Shown in pieces: positions 38,299 to 47,195 of a stretch of 64,000 bases of DNA. This DNA comes from Planctomycetota bacterium. Its GTDB lineage: Bacteria; Planctomycetota; Planctomycetia; Pirellulales; Pirellulaceae. The notes under the pieces were generated by a model. It had not been told where the DNA came from. It made no database searches and saw only the letters and a list, made by a program, of their open reading frames with translations. A program made the position numbers and the translations under genes. How positions within the stretch are numbered: position 1 is the stretch's first letter; every line of letters starts with the position of its first letter. The stretch lies in NCBI GenBank assembly GCA_963581185.1, contig CAUZOB010000001.1:14826-78825 (forward strand), in the 5' to 3' direction.

Positions 38299-40002
38299 AT
38301 GATCATGGACATTGCTCCCTTGCAGCCGACCCGGGTTCGCTACAGTGTCATCTTTGCATCGATGCTGATGGCCATCCTGCTTTACCTGGATCGATTCTGC
38401 ATCGGGATTGCCGAGCCCTTTATTCGCCAGGATCTGGGCCTCTCGAAGATGCAGATGGGCGTTTTCATGAGCGCCTTTTTCTGGCCCTATGCACTTGCCC
38501 AGATTCCATCTGGCTGGCTGGCCGATCGTTTCGGCGCACGCAAGATGATGACCATCTACATCCTCTCCTGGTCGTTTTTTACTGCCATGATGGGACTCGC
38601 CACGGGCTTCATCATGCTGGTGGCGATGCGAGCTGCTTATGGACTTGGCCAGGCAGGAGCCTACCCGACTAGTTCGAGTATCGTGAGCCGGTGGATTCCA
38701 ATCCTTGGTCGTGGCCGTGCCAGCAGCTTCATTTCCCTGGGGGGCCGCATCGGTGGAGCAATTGCTCCCGTCCTGACAGCCATCCTGATCGTGGCATTTG
38801 TCTCGGCCGACAAGTCGCCGCTGCTGGAGCCGGAATCGGTGCTCGACAGTGCCCAGATACTGGAAAAACTCGGGGAGAGGAACGAGAAAGGCAACGAGGC
38901 CTACCTCTATCTCTTCAAGAAGTCGTCCGGCGCGCTGAAAGAGATTGTTTCATCTCCCCCCGACGAAAATACGGATCCGAGCCAGGACATCATTATAGCC
39001 AGCTTTAACCAGGCCATTCGAGATCCCGGCTTCTACTCGGCCGAAGCATTTCTTTCCATCAAGAACCTGGATCGATTTGCCACGAACTCGATCAAGAGAA
39101 TCGAGAGTGGTGAGACGCTTAATGACGCCGATTCAAAGAAGTTCAACCGGTTCCTGCTTGAATCGCTGTTCCCAATCGAAATTCAAAGGACCTATATGAA
39201 AAGCTGGCGACCGGTGCTCTGGCTTTATGGAGGCCTGGGCCTGCTGGTGGCTGGATTCTTCTGGCTCGTCGTTCGAGATCGACCGCAGCTTCATCCACGC
39301 TGCAATCAAGCGGAAATGGAACTGATCAGCGGGGGGATGGAACCGGACACAAGCAAAAAAATCGGCAGCATTCCGTTGGGAGATATCGTCAGCAGTCCCA
39401 GCCTCTGGTTTTCAAGCGTCTCCCAGATCGGGGTCAATATCGGCTGGCTATTTATTGGTACCTGGTTTCCCACCTACCTGCTGGAACAGCACCAGGTTCC
39501 GATCCTGGAACGGGGTACGATGGTCATGGTTCCATTTCTTGTTGGCTTCCCGGGAATGCTCCTGGGAGGAGTCGTGACGGACAAGCTGGTTTCGCTGATT
39601 GGCGTTCGCTGGGCTCGCAGGCTGCCCTGGATTATTTCCAAGTCCATCGCTGTTGGGGCGTTTGCCGTCTGCCCCCTGCTGGATTCCCCCTGGGCCGTTA
39701 CCGCGATGATGGCAACGGTCGCATTCTGCGTTGACTTCGGTAACCCGGCTACATGGGCATTCACCCAGGATGTGGGTGGCAAGCATGTCGGATCGGTCCT
39801 CGGTTTCGGGAACATGTGGGGCAACCTTGGTGCGGCGGTATCTCCTATCCTGCTCGCCTGGATCTTCGTGAATTACAGTTATTCGCACATGTTCTATACC
39901 TGTGCCGGCCTGTTCGCGATTTCAACCATCTGCAGTTTTTTCATTGATCCTACCGTGCCAGTCATTCGCGAAGACAAGTACCCTGGAGAGAGCATTGAGT
40001 GA
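38299..40002 (+). CDS. MFS transporter (anion:cation symporter-like) with a ~135-aa hydrophilic insertion
   Basis: I prefer ATG 38299 or 38305 (MIMDIAPLQPTRVRYSVIFASMLMAILLYLDRFCIG). The MFS motif is GWLADRFGARKMM. The insertion DKSPLLEPES...TYMKSWRP lies at about 38809..39213, between hydrophobic helices. Confidence 0.85.
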   Translation: MIMDIAPLQPTRVRYSVIFASMLMAILLYLDRFCIGIAEPFIRQDLGLSKMQMGVFMSAFFWPYALAQIPSGWLADRFGARKMMTIYILSWSFFTAMMGLATGFIMLVAMRAAYGLGQAGAYPTSSSIVSRWIPILGRGRASSFISLGGRIGGAIAPVLTAILIVAFVSADKSPLLEPESVLDSAQILEKLGERNEKGNEAYLYLFKKSSGALKEIVSSPPDENTDPSQDIIIASFNQAIRDPGFYSAEAFLSIKNLDRFATNSIKRIESGETLNDADSKKFNRFLLESLFPIEIQRTYMKSWRPVLWLYGGLGLLVAGFFWLVVRDRPQLHPRCNQAEMELISGGMEPDTSKKIGSIPLGDIVSSPSLWFSSVSQIGVNIGWLFIGTWFPTYLLEQHQVPILERGTMVMVPFLVGFPGMLLGGVVTDKLVSLIGVRWARRLPWIISKSIAVGAFAVCPLLDSPWAVTAMMATVAFCVDFGNPATWAFTQDVGGKHVGSVLGFGNMWGNLGAAVSPILLAWIFVNYSYSHMFYTCAGLFAISTICSFFIDPTVPVIREDKYPGESIE

Positions 40003-41008
40003 ACCAACCCTTGTCGGTAGCGACGATTTTCGATTTAAAGCAGACAATGCTTGGGCCCAGGTGCCAGCGGAATTTCAGTGGCAGGAAGCCGTCGGTGTAG
40101 CGGCCGATTCCACTGGCCGTGTCTATGTCTTTAACCGTGGCCCCTCGCCGGTCGTGATTCTTGACCGCGACGGCAGTTTTGTCGGGGGCTGGGGCCAGGG
40201 GGTCTTTAACCGCCCGCACGGGATCGTCGTGGACAACGATGACAACCTGTTCCTGACCGACGATATGGGACACAGCGTACGCAAGTACTCGCCCGACGGT
40301 GAACCGCTGATGGATGTGGGACCCAGCGGGATTCCCTCCGAGACCGGTGTTGAAGGAATGGACTTTCGCACCATTCGAGCCGGTTGCGGGCCGTACAACA
40401 TTCCCACCAACCTGGCCGTTGCTCCCAGCGGCGAGCTGTTTGTGGCTGATGGCTATGGCAATGCTGCCATTCATCGCTTCACGGCCGAGGGCCAGTTGAT
40501 CCAGTCGTGGGGCAACCCTGGAGATGGTCCCAGCCAGTTCAACGTACCCCATGGCATCGCGGTCGATAGCACGGGCCAGGTGATCGTGGCAGATCGCGAG
40601 AACAGTCGATTACAGTTTTTTAGCGACGAAGGTGAGCTGCTCGACACCTGGACCAATGTCGTGCGCCCGACACAGCTGGTGATCGACGACGCTGGCAACC
40701 TCTGGGTTTCGGAGCTGGGAACCATTGCCGGCCTGTTTCCCTTCATGGATCCACCCGAGGAGCCGGTTGGCTCCCGCGTCAGTATCTTCTCTGCCAGTGG
40801 TGAGCTGCTGGCCCGCTGGGGTGGTGGTAAGAATCCAGGATCGCCAGGCGACTTTTTCGCTGCCCACGACCTCTGGCTGGATCCTTTTGGGGACCTGTAT
40901 GTCAGCGAGGTGGTCTACTCGGCGGGCGGCAAGCATGGCATGGTGCCGGCCGACTGTCCCAGCCTGCAGAAATTCACCCGCCTGGCTTCCGAGCGGGGTG
41001 GTGATTGA
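39995..41008 (+). CDS. NHL-repeat beta-propeller, peptidyl-alpha-hydroxyglycine alpha-amidating lyase (PAL)-like
   Basis: The probable TTG start at 39995 follows GGAGAG and overlaps the MFS stop. NHL repeats include FNRPHGIVVDNDDNLFLTDDMGHSVRKY. The block FVADGYGNAAIHRFTAEGQLIQSWG...QFNVPHGIAVDSTGQVIVADRENSRLQFF closely mirrors the PAL catalytic-core pattern ADGYxNxRIxxF...FxVPH...VADRENxRIQxF. Confidence 0.75.
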   Translation: MSEPTLVGSDDFRFKADNAWAQVPAEFQWQEAVGVAADSTGRVYVFNRGPSPVVILDRDGSFVGGWGQGVFNRPHGIVVDNDDNLFLTDDMGHSVRKYSPDGEPLMDVGPSGIPSETGVEGMDFRTIRAGCGPYNIPTNLAVAPSGELFVADGYGNAAIHRFTAEGQLIQSWGNPGDGPSQFNVPHGIAVDSTGQVIVADRENSRLQFFSDEGELLDTWTNVVRPTQLVIDDAGNLWVSELGTIAGLFPFMDPPEEPVGSRVSIFSASGELLARWGGGKNPGSPGDFFAAHDLWLDPFGDLYVSEVVYSAGGKHGMVPADCPSLQKFTRLASERGGD

Positions 41009-42105
41009 TGGCTGCCAAGGGCGTCACAATCCTGGGCGGTGGCAACACGGCTTTTTCCGTGGCCGCCAGGCTGCAACTTGAAGGAGCAGCTGTCACGCTC
41101 TGCGAGATCCCCTCGTTTGCACATATGGTTGAGCCGATCCTGGAGAGCCGGCAGATAGAGCTGGATGGTGTGGCGGGCCAGGGTGTTGCCACGCTGGACT
41201 GTGTGACAACCGACTTTGCCGTCGGCCTGGCCGAGAACGAGTTAAACCTGCTGATCATCCCGGCCTATGGTCACCGGGCCTTCGCCGAAGCCTGCGCGCC
41301 ACATCTCAACAGCGGCCAGGTGCTGGTACTGATGCCGGGCACGCTCGGTTCACTGGAGTTTGCCCGCATCCTCAGGGAGGCTGGGGCCCCAGCCGACATC
41401 GTGCTGGCCGAGACGGACACGGCACCCTATGTCTGCCGCAAGATGACCGCCAGCCAGGCGCATATCTGGGGAGTGGTGAGTGCCCTTGGGCTGGGTGTCT
41501 TGCCGGCCAGTCAGGCTGAGCGAGTGCAGAAGCTCCTGGATCCGCTGTTTCCTGGAGTCCAGCTGTACGACAACGTGGTGACTTGTGGTCTGGCGGCAAT
41601 GAACCCGGTTGTGCATCCTGTCGGAGTGCTACTTAACGCGGGCCGGATTGAGCAGAGCCAGGGTGACTTCCATTTTTATGGTGAAGGGGTGACGCCAGGC
41701 GTCTGCCGCCTGATCTACCAAGTCGACCGAGAGCGACTGGCCGTGGCGGCGGCCCTGGGAGCTGAGTTGCTGCCAGTGGACAAGGCATTTCATGCGGCTG
41801 GCTTTGGGCCAGCTGGAGATCTTGAGGCTACCATCAACGGTAGCGAGATGCTGACTGCATTGAAGGCACCTGGTCAACTCGACACCCGCTGGTTGACCGA
41901 GGATGTTCCCTACGGACTGGCAGCCTGGTCCGCACTTGGTTTGCAGTACGGTGTCAGTTGTCCGACGATGGAGTCCCTGGTGGATTTGATCGGGACACTG
42001 CTGGGCCAGGATTTTCGCCAGCAGGCACGCAGCATGGCCGACCTCGGTATTGACGGAATGTCGCTGTCAGACCTGCAGCAGTACCTCCAGGATGGCACCA
42101 GCTGA
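41008..42105 (+). CDS. NAD(P)-dependent opine (octopine/nopaline-type) dehydrogenase family protein
   Basis: ATG 41008 overlaps the NHL stop (TGATG). The N-terminal Rossmann motif is VTILGGGNTAFSVAARL. Length and helical C-terminal domain pattern (PYVCR, NPVVHPVGVLLNAGRIE, FYGEGVTP) are typical of opine dehydrogenases. Confidence 0.75.
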   Translation: MAAKGVTILGGGNTAFSVAARLQLEGAAVTLCEIPSFAHMVEPILESRQIELDGVAGQGVATLDCVTTDFAVGLAENELNLLIIPAYGHRAFAEACAPHLNSGQVLVLMPGTLGSLEFARILREAGAPADIVLAETDTAPYVCRKMTASQAHIWGVVSALGLGVLPASQAERVQKLLDPLFPGVQLYDNVVTCGLAAMNPVVHPVGVLLNAGRIEQSQGDFHFYGEGVTPGVCRLIYQVDRERLAVAAALGAELLPVDKAFHAAGFGPAGDLEATINGSEMLTALKAPGQLDTRWLTEDVPYGLAAWSALGLQYGVSCPTMESLVDLIGTLLGQDFRQQARSMADLGIDGMSLSDLQQYLQDGTS

Positions 42106-42147
42106 GTTTTTCTGGATCGAAGATTGGCATAAGGGAGATCGGCAACG

Positions 42148-42825
42148 ATGTATCCAGATGATCAACAGGCCCAGCAGATGTTGGGCGACGCACTTGAGAC
42201 CATCGATCGATACTACAAGGATCGTGGTATCTTCCAGGACCGCTTTGGATTTGGCCAATCACCGGCCCTGGTGGTGGTGGATTTTGCCTATGGCTGGACG
42301 GATGAAGCATACGCCGGCGGTACAGCGCGACTGGACGGCCCGGTGGAGGCGACGCGCCAGTTGCTCGAGGCAGTTCGGGCAAAGAACGTGCCGATCATCT
42401 ATACCACCAGCCCGTACCGGCCAGAGAGTGGCGATCAGCCTTTCAAATCGGCAGCTGATCCGTCGGTCGAGTACCGCGAGTGGGATGCCCGAGCCTGTGA
42501 AATCGACCAGCGGATTGCCCCGCGCGACGAGGATTACGTGATCGAGAAAGAGAGTGCCAGCGCGTTTTCTGGAACACACCTGGCTGGCTACTTGATCCAG
42601 CAGCAGGTCGACACGCTGCTGATCACTGGCTGCAGCACAAGTGCCTGCATTCGCGCCACGGCGACCGACGCCAAGAGTCTGAGGTTGAGGCCTGTGATCG
42701 TGGATGAATGTGTCGGTGATCGCTCGGCCGTTGCTCACGTGTTTACACTATTTGATATCCAGGCACGTTTTTCTGATGTCTGTAGCCTCGCCGAGACGAC
42801 AGATTATCTGGCTGGACTCGAATAA
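42148..42825 (+). CDS. Isochorismatase-family hydrolase, N-carbamoylsarcosine-amidase-like
   Basis: 225 aa. Motifs are PALVVVDFAYGWTD and the catalytic Cys block LLITGCSTSACIRATATDA. Confidence 0.8.
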   Translation: MYPDDQQAQQMLGDALETIDRYYKDRGIFQDRFGFGQSPALVVVDFAYGWTDEAYAGGTARLDGPVEATRQLLEAVRAKNVPIIYTTSPYRPESGDQPFKSAADPSVEYREWDARACEIDQRIAPRDEDYVIEKESASAFSGTHLAGYLIQQQVDTLLITGCSTSACIRATATDAKSLRLRPVIVDECVGDRSAVAHVFTLFDIQARFSDVCSLAETTDYLAGLE

Positions 42826-42853
42826 TTGGTATTCCTGCGGAGGAGATCGTTCG

Positions 42854-43741
42854 ATGAACGACAAGCCAGGCTATTTCACTTTTCCCAACGGCCATCCGAA
42901 TGCCGTCTACAGCGTGGCCTTCATGCCAGATGGCAAGCGGGTTCTGAGTGGTGGTCTGGATCATGCAATCCGCATCTGGGATGTCGCCAAGCGAACGGCG
43001 ATCACGCTGGATGAATCTCATGCTGATGGTGTGTCGGGAGTGGCGGTTGATTCGACCGGTAAGTGGATTGTCTCCACCGGGCTGGACCAGCTGGTCAAGG
43101 TCTGGGAGTCCTCGGCCGGGGCCTCAGAGGCGACCTTGAATGGGCACGGTGCCTATGTGGTTGGAGTTGCCTGTTCGCCGGTTGCCGAGCAATTTGCCTC
43201 AGCCAGCCACGACAAGACAGTTCGCCTCTGGAACCGCCAGGGCCAGCAGTCGGTGCTCAATGGTCACACCGACCTGGTGATTGCGGTCGCCTATAGCCGG
43301 GATGGCAAGCAGCTGGCCTCGGCCGGCAAGGATGGATCGGTGCGATTGTGGGACAGCACGAGTGGCGAGGCTGGCACGGTACTGTCGGGTCATGATGGAT
43401 CCGTGGAGAGCGTGGCATTCTTGCCAGACGGCCGCCGCTGTGTGTCGGCCGGCGGGGATGGACTGGTCATCCTCTGGGATATTGAGAAGTCAGCCATCGT
43501 TCATCGGCTGCGTGGCCACGAGGGTTACGTGAAGTCGGTGAGTGTTTCGCATGACGGAGCAACGATCGCATCGGGCGGCCAGGATGGAACGATACGACTC
43601 TGGTCGGCAGAGACTCTGCAGCCGCTAAATCTGCTGGAAGGGCACCGTAACACGGTCTACAGCCTTTCCTTTTCGCCGGATGGCAAGCAACTCGCCAGCG
43701 GCGGCTTTGATCGCCGCGTGAACGTCTGGGATCTTGGTTGA
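42854..43741 (+). CDS. WD40 repeat protein (seven-bladed, no additional domain)
   Basis: I prefer ATG 42854, with GGAGGAG upstream (MNDKPGYFTFPNGHPNAVYSVAFMPDGKRVLSGGLDHAIRIWD). Seven GH...WD repeats follow. The track start at 42704 lies inside the previous gene. Confidence 0.85.
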   Translation: MNDKPGYFTFPNGHPNAVYSVAFMPDGKRVLSGGLDHAIRIWDVAKRTAITLDESHADGVSGVAVDSTGKWIVSTGLDQLVKVWESSAGASEATLNGHGAYVVGVACSPVAEQFASASHDKTVRLWNRQGQQSVLNGHTDLVIAVAYSRDGKQLASAGKDGSVRLWDSTSGEAGTVLSGHDGSVESVAFLPDGRRCVSAGGDGLVILWDIEKSAIVHRLRGHEGYVKSVSVSHDGATIASGGQDGTIRLWSAETLQPLNLLEGHRNTVYSLSFSPDGKQLASGGFDRRVNVWDLG

Positions 43742-43742
43742 T

Positions 43743-45092
43743 TCAGACTTCCGGCAGAGGCTGGTAGTGGTCATGTTCGACCAGGTACCGTGGGCGACCG
43801 CTGAGATCCTTGATCGTGGCGCGGTTGATGTCGATGCCCATATTGCGATACAGCGTAGCGTGGATTTCCTGGAAATGCACCGGCCGATCGATGGCATGCT
43901 CGGCATGCGGATTGGTGGCACCGATTACCTGGCCGGTGCGCATTCCGCCGCCGAACATCAAGGCGCTGCCAACTCGTGGCCAGTGGTCGCGGCCACCCTT
44001 GGCATTGACCCGTGGCGTGCGACCAAACTCACCCCAGACAAGGACTGTCACGTCCTTGTCCATACCCCGATCCTTGAGATCATCCATCAACGTGCTGACC
44101 CCCTGATCGAGTGCAGGCAGATGATCGCGAGCATTTTCAAAATTCGTGCCGTGGGGCCGGCCGTGCCAGTCCCAGCGTCCATAGGCCAGCGTGACGACTC
44201 GCACACCCGCTTCTACCAGTCGCCGGGCTGCCAGGAAATAGTCATTCTGCAGTGGCCCCGCATCGCCATAGCCGGCCGGCAGGTCGGACCCACGCCCGTA
44301 GCGATCACGCAATGCCGGGTCTTCCTTTTCCAGGTCCAGCGCGTCGGCTAGCTGGCTGTTTGTGAGAATACCGAGTGCCTGGTCGGTGAAGGCATCCACA
44401 CCCTCCAGCTCAGTTACCCGGTTCACCAGTTTCTTGTAGGCGTCCAGTTTTCCCAGCAGTCTGCGGCGGTCCTGGAACTGCTCGATGCCGATACCCTGCA
44501 GAGCGAGGCTGCGAGCGCCATCGGCGTTGGGCAGGAATGGAGCGTGAGCGGGGCCGACAAAGCCGGCCTGGCCAGGATCCTTCCAGCCACCAGTTTTCAT
44601 GTTAGGCGAGAGCCCGACGAAGGGTGGTACACCGCGGACCGCGGTTCCCTGCAGCTTGGAAACGGCCGATCCAAACGAGGGCCAGCCGCCGACAGGCTGG
44701 TTATCTGAGTGACGGCCGGTCATGCACTGGAAGGCAGCATGACGGTCCTTGGCACCAACCACGCTGCGAATCAGCACCATCTCGTTCATGCGATCGGCGA
44801 TCAATGGCAAGTGTTCGCAGATCTGGATGCCGGGTACACGAGTCGAGACTGGCTTGAATTCGCCACGAATCTCAACCGGAGCATCTGGCTTGAGGTCGAA
44901 CATATCCTGGTGAGGTGGCCCACCGGAAAGGAAGATCATGATCACGGACTTGGAAGATCGCCCGTTGCCTGTAGCAGATTCAGCTGCCAGCAGCTGGGGC
45001 AGGGCAGCACCCCCCATCGCCAGTGAGCCGATCTGGAGGAAGTTGCGACGGTCGATTCCGTCGCAAAATGGGATCTTCTTGTTGGTCGTCAT
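43743..45092 (-). CDS. DUF1501 domain protein (Tat signal), no DUF1553 partner adjacent
   Basis: I prefer ATG 45092 (MTTNKKIPFCDGIDRRNFLQIGSLAMGGAALPQLLA). The family block is VWGEFGRTPRVNAKGGRDHWPRVGSALMFGGGMRTGQ. Confidence 0.9.
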   Translation of the reverse strand: MTTNKKIPFCDGIDRRNFLQIGSLAMGGAALPQLLAAESATGNGRSSKSVIMIFLSGGPPHQDMFDLKPDAPVEIRGEFKPVSTRVPGIQICEHLPLIADRMNEMVLIRSVVGAKDRHAAFQCMTGRHSDNQPVGGWPSFGSAVSKLQGTAVRGVPPFVGLSPNMKTGGWKDPGQAGFVGPAHAPFLPNADGARSLALQGIGIEQFQDRRRLLGKLDAYKKLVNRVTELEGVDAFTDQALGILTNSQLADALDLEKEDPALRDRYGRGSDLPAGYGDAGPLQNDYFLAARRLVEAGVRVVTLAYGRWDWHGRPHGTNFENARDHLPALDQGVSTLMDDLKDRGMDKDVTVLVWGEFGRTPRVNAKGGRDHWPRVGSALMFGGGMRTGQVIGATNPHAEHAIDRPVHFQEIHATLYRNMGIDINRATIKDLSGRPRYLVEHDHYQPLPEV

Positions 45093-45433
45093 TTTTTCAA
45101 GCTGCAGGTGGAATGTGCATCGTTGCTGTGGCCAGGATTGTGGCCGCCAGCGTAGATATCGGCAATATCTGTTTACTGCTTCCAGCATATCAGATCGGGT
45201 TTGTGGATCCTAGCAATTGCTACGTCGTGCGATCACCGCCAGCAACGCCGTGCCGAGAGGGTTTGAGCTGAAAAACCGGTCTGCGCCGGAAATTATCGAG
45301 CCGGCCTGATGGGCCTTATGGGGCGGTGGATAAACGGCAGTCTTTTGCTAGAATCTGGCGTTCAGCAAGTAAAGCCCGTTGCTTGACATGCTGAGTCGCG
45401 TTGAACGCGAGTGAGTTAGACAGGGGAGTGACT

Positions 45434-47119
45434 GTGGACCAGAAAATCTTGTGGGAGTTGATTTTCGGCCTGATTGGCGGTCTGGGTATATTCCTGCTCG
45501 GCATGAAGAACATGTCCGAGGGCATGCAGGCCGTGGCTGGCGGCGGCTTACGGCGGATGATCGGCATCGCCACGAACAATCGCATCTCCGCAACGGGCGT
45601 GGGCCTGGCTGTTACCTGCCTCGTCCAATCAAGCTCCATCACCACCGTGATGGTGGTCGGATTCGTCAACAGCGGATTGATGACGCTGACTCAATCAGTC
45701 GGTGTGATCATGGGTTCCAATATTGGCACCACGGTCACCGGCTGGATTCTCGTCCTCAAGATCGGCAAGTACGGACTGCCGATCCTGGGACTGGCCGCGT
45801 TCACCTACTTGTTCTCCAAGGGCGACCGTGTCCGCTACATCGCGATGGCGATCATGGGCATTGGGATGGTCTTCTTCGGGTTGGAGCTGATGAAGGAGGC
45901 CTGCTCGCATATCAGGTCATTGCCAGAGTTTAAGGAGTGGCTTGGTCATTTCAATGCCGAGTCGTTCGTCGGCATGGCGCAGTGCATGCTAGTCGGCTGT
46001 GTCCTGACCGTGATGGTCCAGTCGTCCTCTGCCACGCTGGGAATCACCATTGCCCTGGCACTGACCGGCGTCATCTCTTATCCAACTGCCGCCGCATTGG
46101 TGCTGGGCGAGAACATCGGCACGACCATCACCGCCTTGCTTGCATCGATCGGAGCAAACACTAACGCCCGCCGTGCCGCCTACTTTCATGTGCTCTTCAA
46201 CATGATCGGTGTCTGCTGGATTGGCGCTATCTTCTTCATGTATGTGGAATTCGTCCCCTGGGCGATCGGTGTCGATGTGACGCACTCAGTCCCGGATGGG
46301 AAGGGCAATATGATATTTCCACATACCACCGCTGCCATCGCCGCGACGCACTCCATCTTCAACATTATCAATACGGCGTTGTTCCTGCCATTTGCTCATA
46401 TCCTTGCCAGGATGCTGACCCGCGTGGTGCCAGACCGCGAGGCCAAGGAAGCTCCTCGCCTGACGAACCTCGATGTTCGCATGCTGGAAACACCGGTCGT
46501 TGGCATTGAGCAATCGCGTGTGGAAGTGCTGCGTATGGCACATAGTTGCAAGGACATGATGGGCTGGCTGAAGAAGTCGGCGGCTGAAGATGAGCCGGAT
46601 TCAAAGCGGGTCAAGAAGCTGCAACAGGTGGAAAAGGATCTCGACACGATGCAGGATGAATTCGTCACGTTCATGACGAACCTGTTGTCCGGTAATGTTC
46701 CCCACCAGGTGATCGAGGAGGGACGTCAGCAGTTGCGGATGGCGGACGAGTACGAGTCAATCAGCGATTGCCTTGCCAGCATTCAGAAGTTTCAGTTGAA
46801 GTTGGGAAAACAGGGGCATCGCTTTTCAGAGGATCAACGCGCAGAACTCAAGGCACTGCATGACCTGGTCGCTGATTTCCTGGATCTTGTCCTCAATGCC
46901 TACGAGCAGCGAGAGTCGGACGCCATGCCCTCTGCGAGTGAGTTGGCGTCGACAATTTCCAAGCGAGCTAAGGAACTGCGTAACAACCATATCAGCGGCC
47001 TGAGCGAGACAAGGACGGAGCCTTACGTGAATCTGGCCTACACCTCATCCGTGGCAGCCTATCGCTCGGTGCGGGACCATGTCGTCAATATCACCGAAGC
47101 GATGAACGAAGAGAATTGA
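45434..47119 (+). CDS. Na+/phosphate cotransporter family protein (NptA-like, with PhoU-like C-terminal domain)
   Basis: Motifs are GGLGIFLLGMKNMSEGMQ, the duplicated repeat SSSITTVMVVGFV / SSSATLGITIALA, and a helical PhoU-like tail. The start is uncertain: GTG 45434 after GGGGAG is preferred, and the track gives TTG 45401. Confidence 0.85.
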   Translation: MDQKILWELIFGLIGGLGIFLLGMKNMSEGMQAVAGGGLRRMIGIATNNRISATGVGLAVTCLVQSSSITTVMVVGFVNSGLMTLTQSVGVIMGSNIGTTVTGWILVLKIGKYGLPILGLAAFTYLFSKGDRVRYIAMAIMGIGMVFFGLELMKEACSHIRSLPEFKEWLGHFNAESFVGMAQCMLVGCVLTVMVQSSSATLGITIALALTGVISYPTAAALVLGENIGTTITALLASIGANTNARRAAYFHVLFNMIGVCWIGAIFFMYVEFVPWAIGVDVTHSVPDGKGNMIFPHTTAAIAATHSIFNIINTALFLPFAHILARMLTRVVPDREAKEAPRLTNLDVRMLETPVVGIEQSRVEVLRMAHSCKDMMGWLKKSAAEDEPDSKRVKKLQQVEKDLDTMQDEFVTFMTNLLSGNVPHQVIEEGRQQLRMADEYESISDCLASIQKFQLKLGKQGHRFSEDQRAELKALHDLVADFLDLVLNAYEQRESDAMPSASELASTISKRAKELRNNHISGLSETRTEPYVNLAYTSSVAAYRSVRDHVVNITEAMNEEN

Positions 47120-47195
47120 GTCATCAGCTGCGACGAATTCGTGGCTCGAGGCCAGATCTCAGTTGCTCGTGGTTAGGTCTTCGTCCCGTCTCCCG

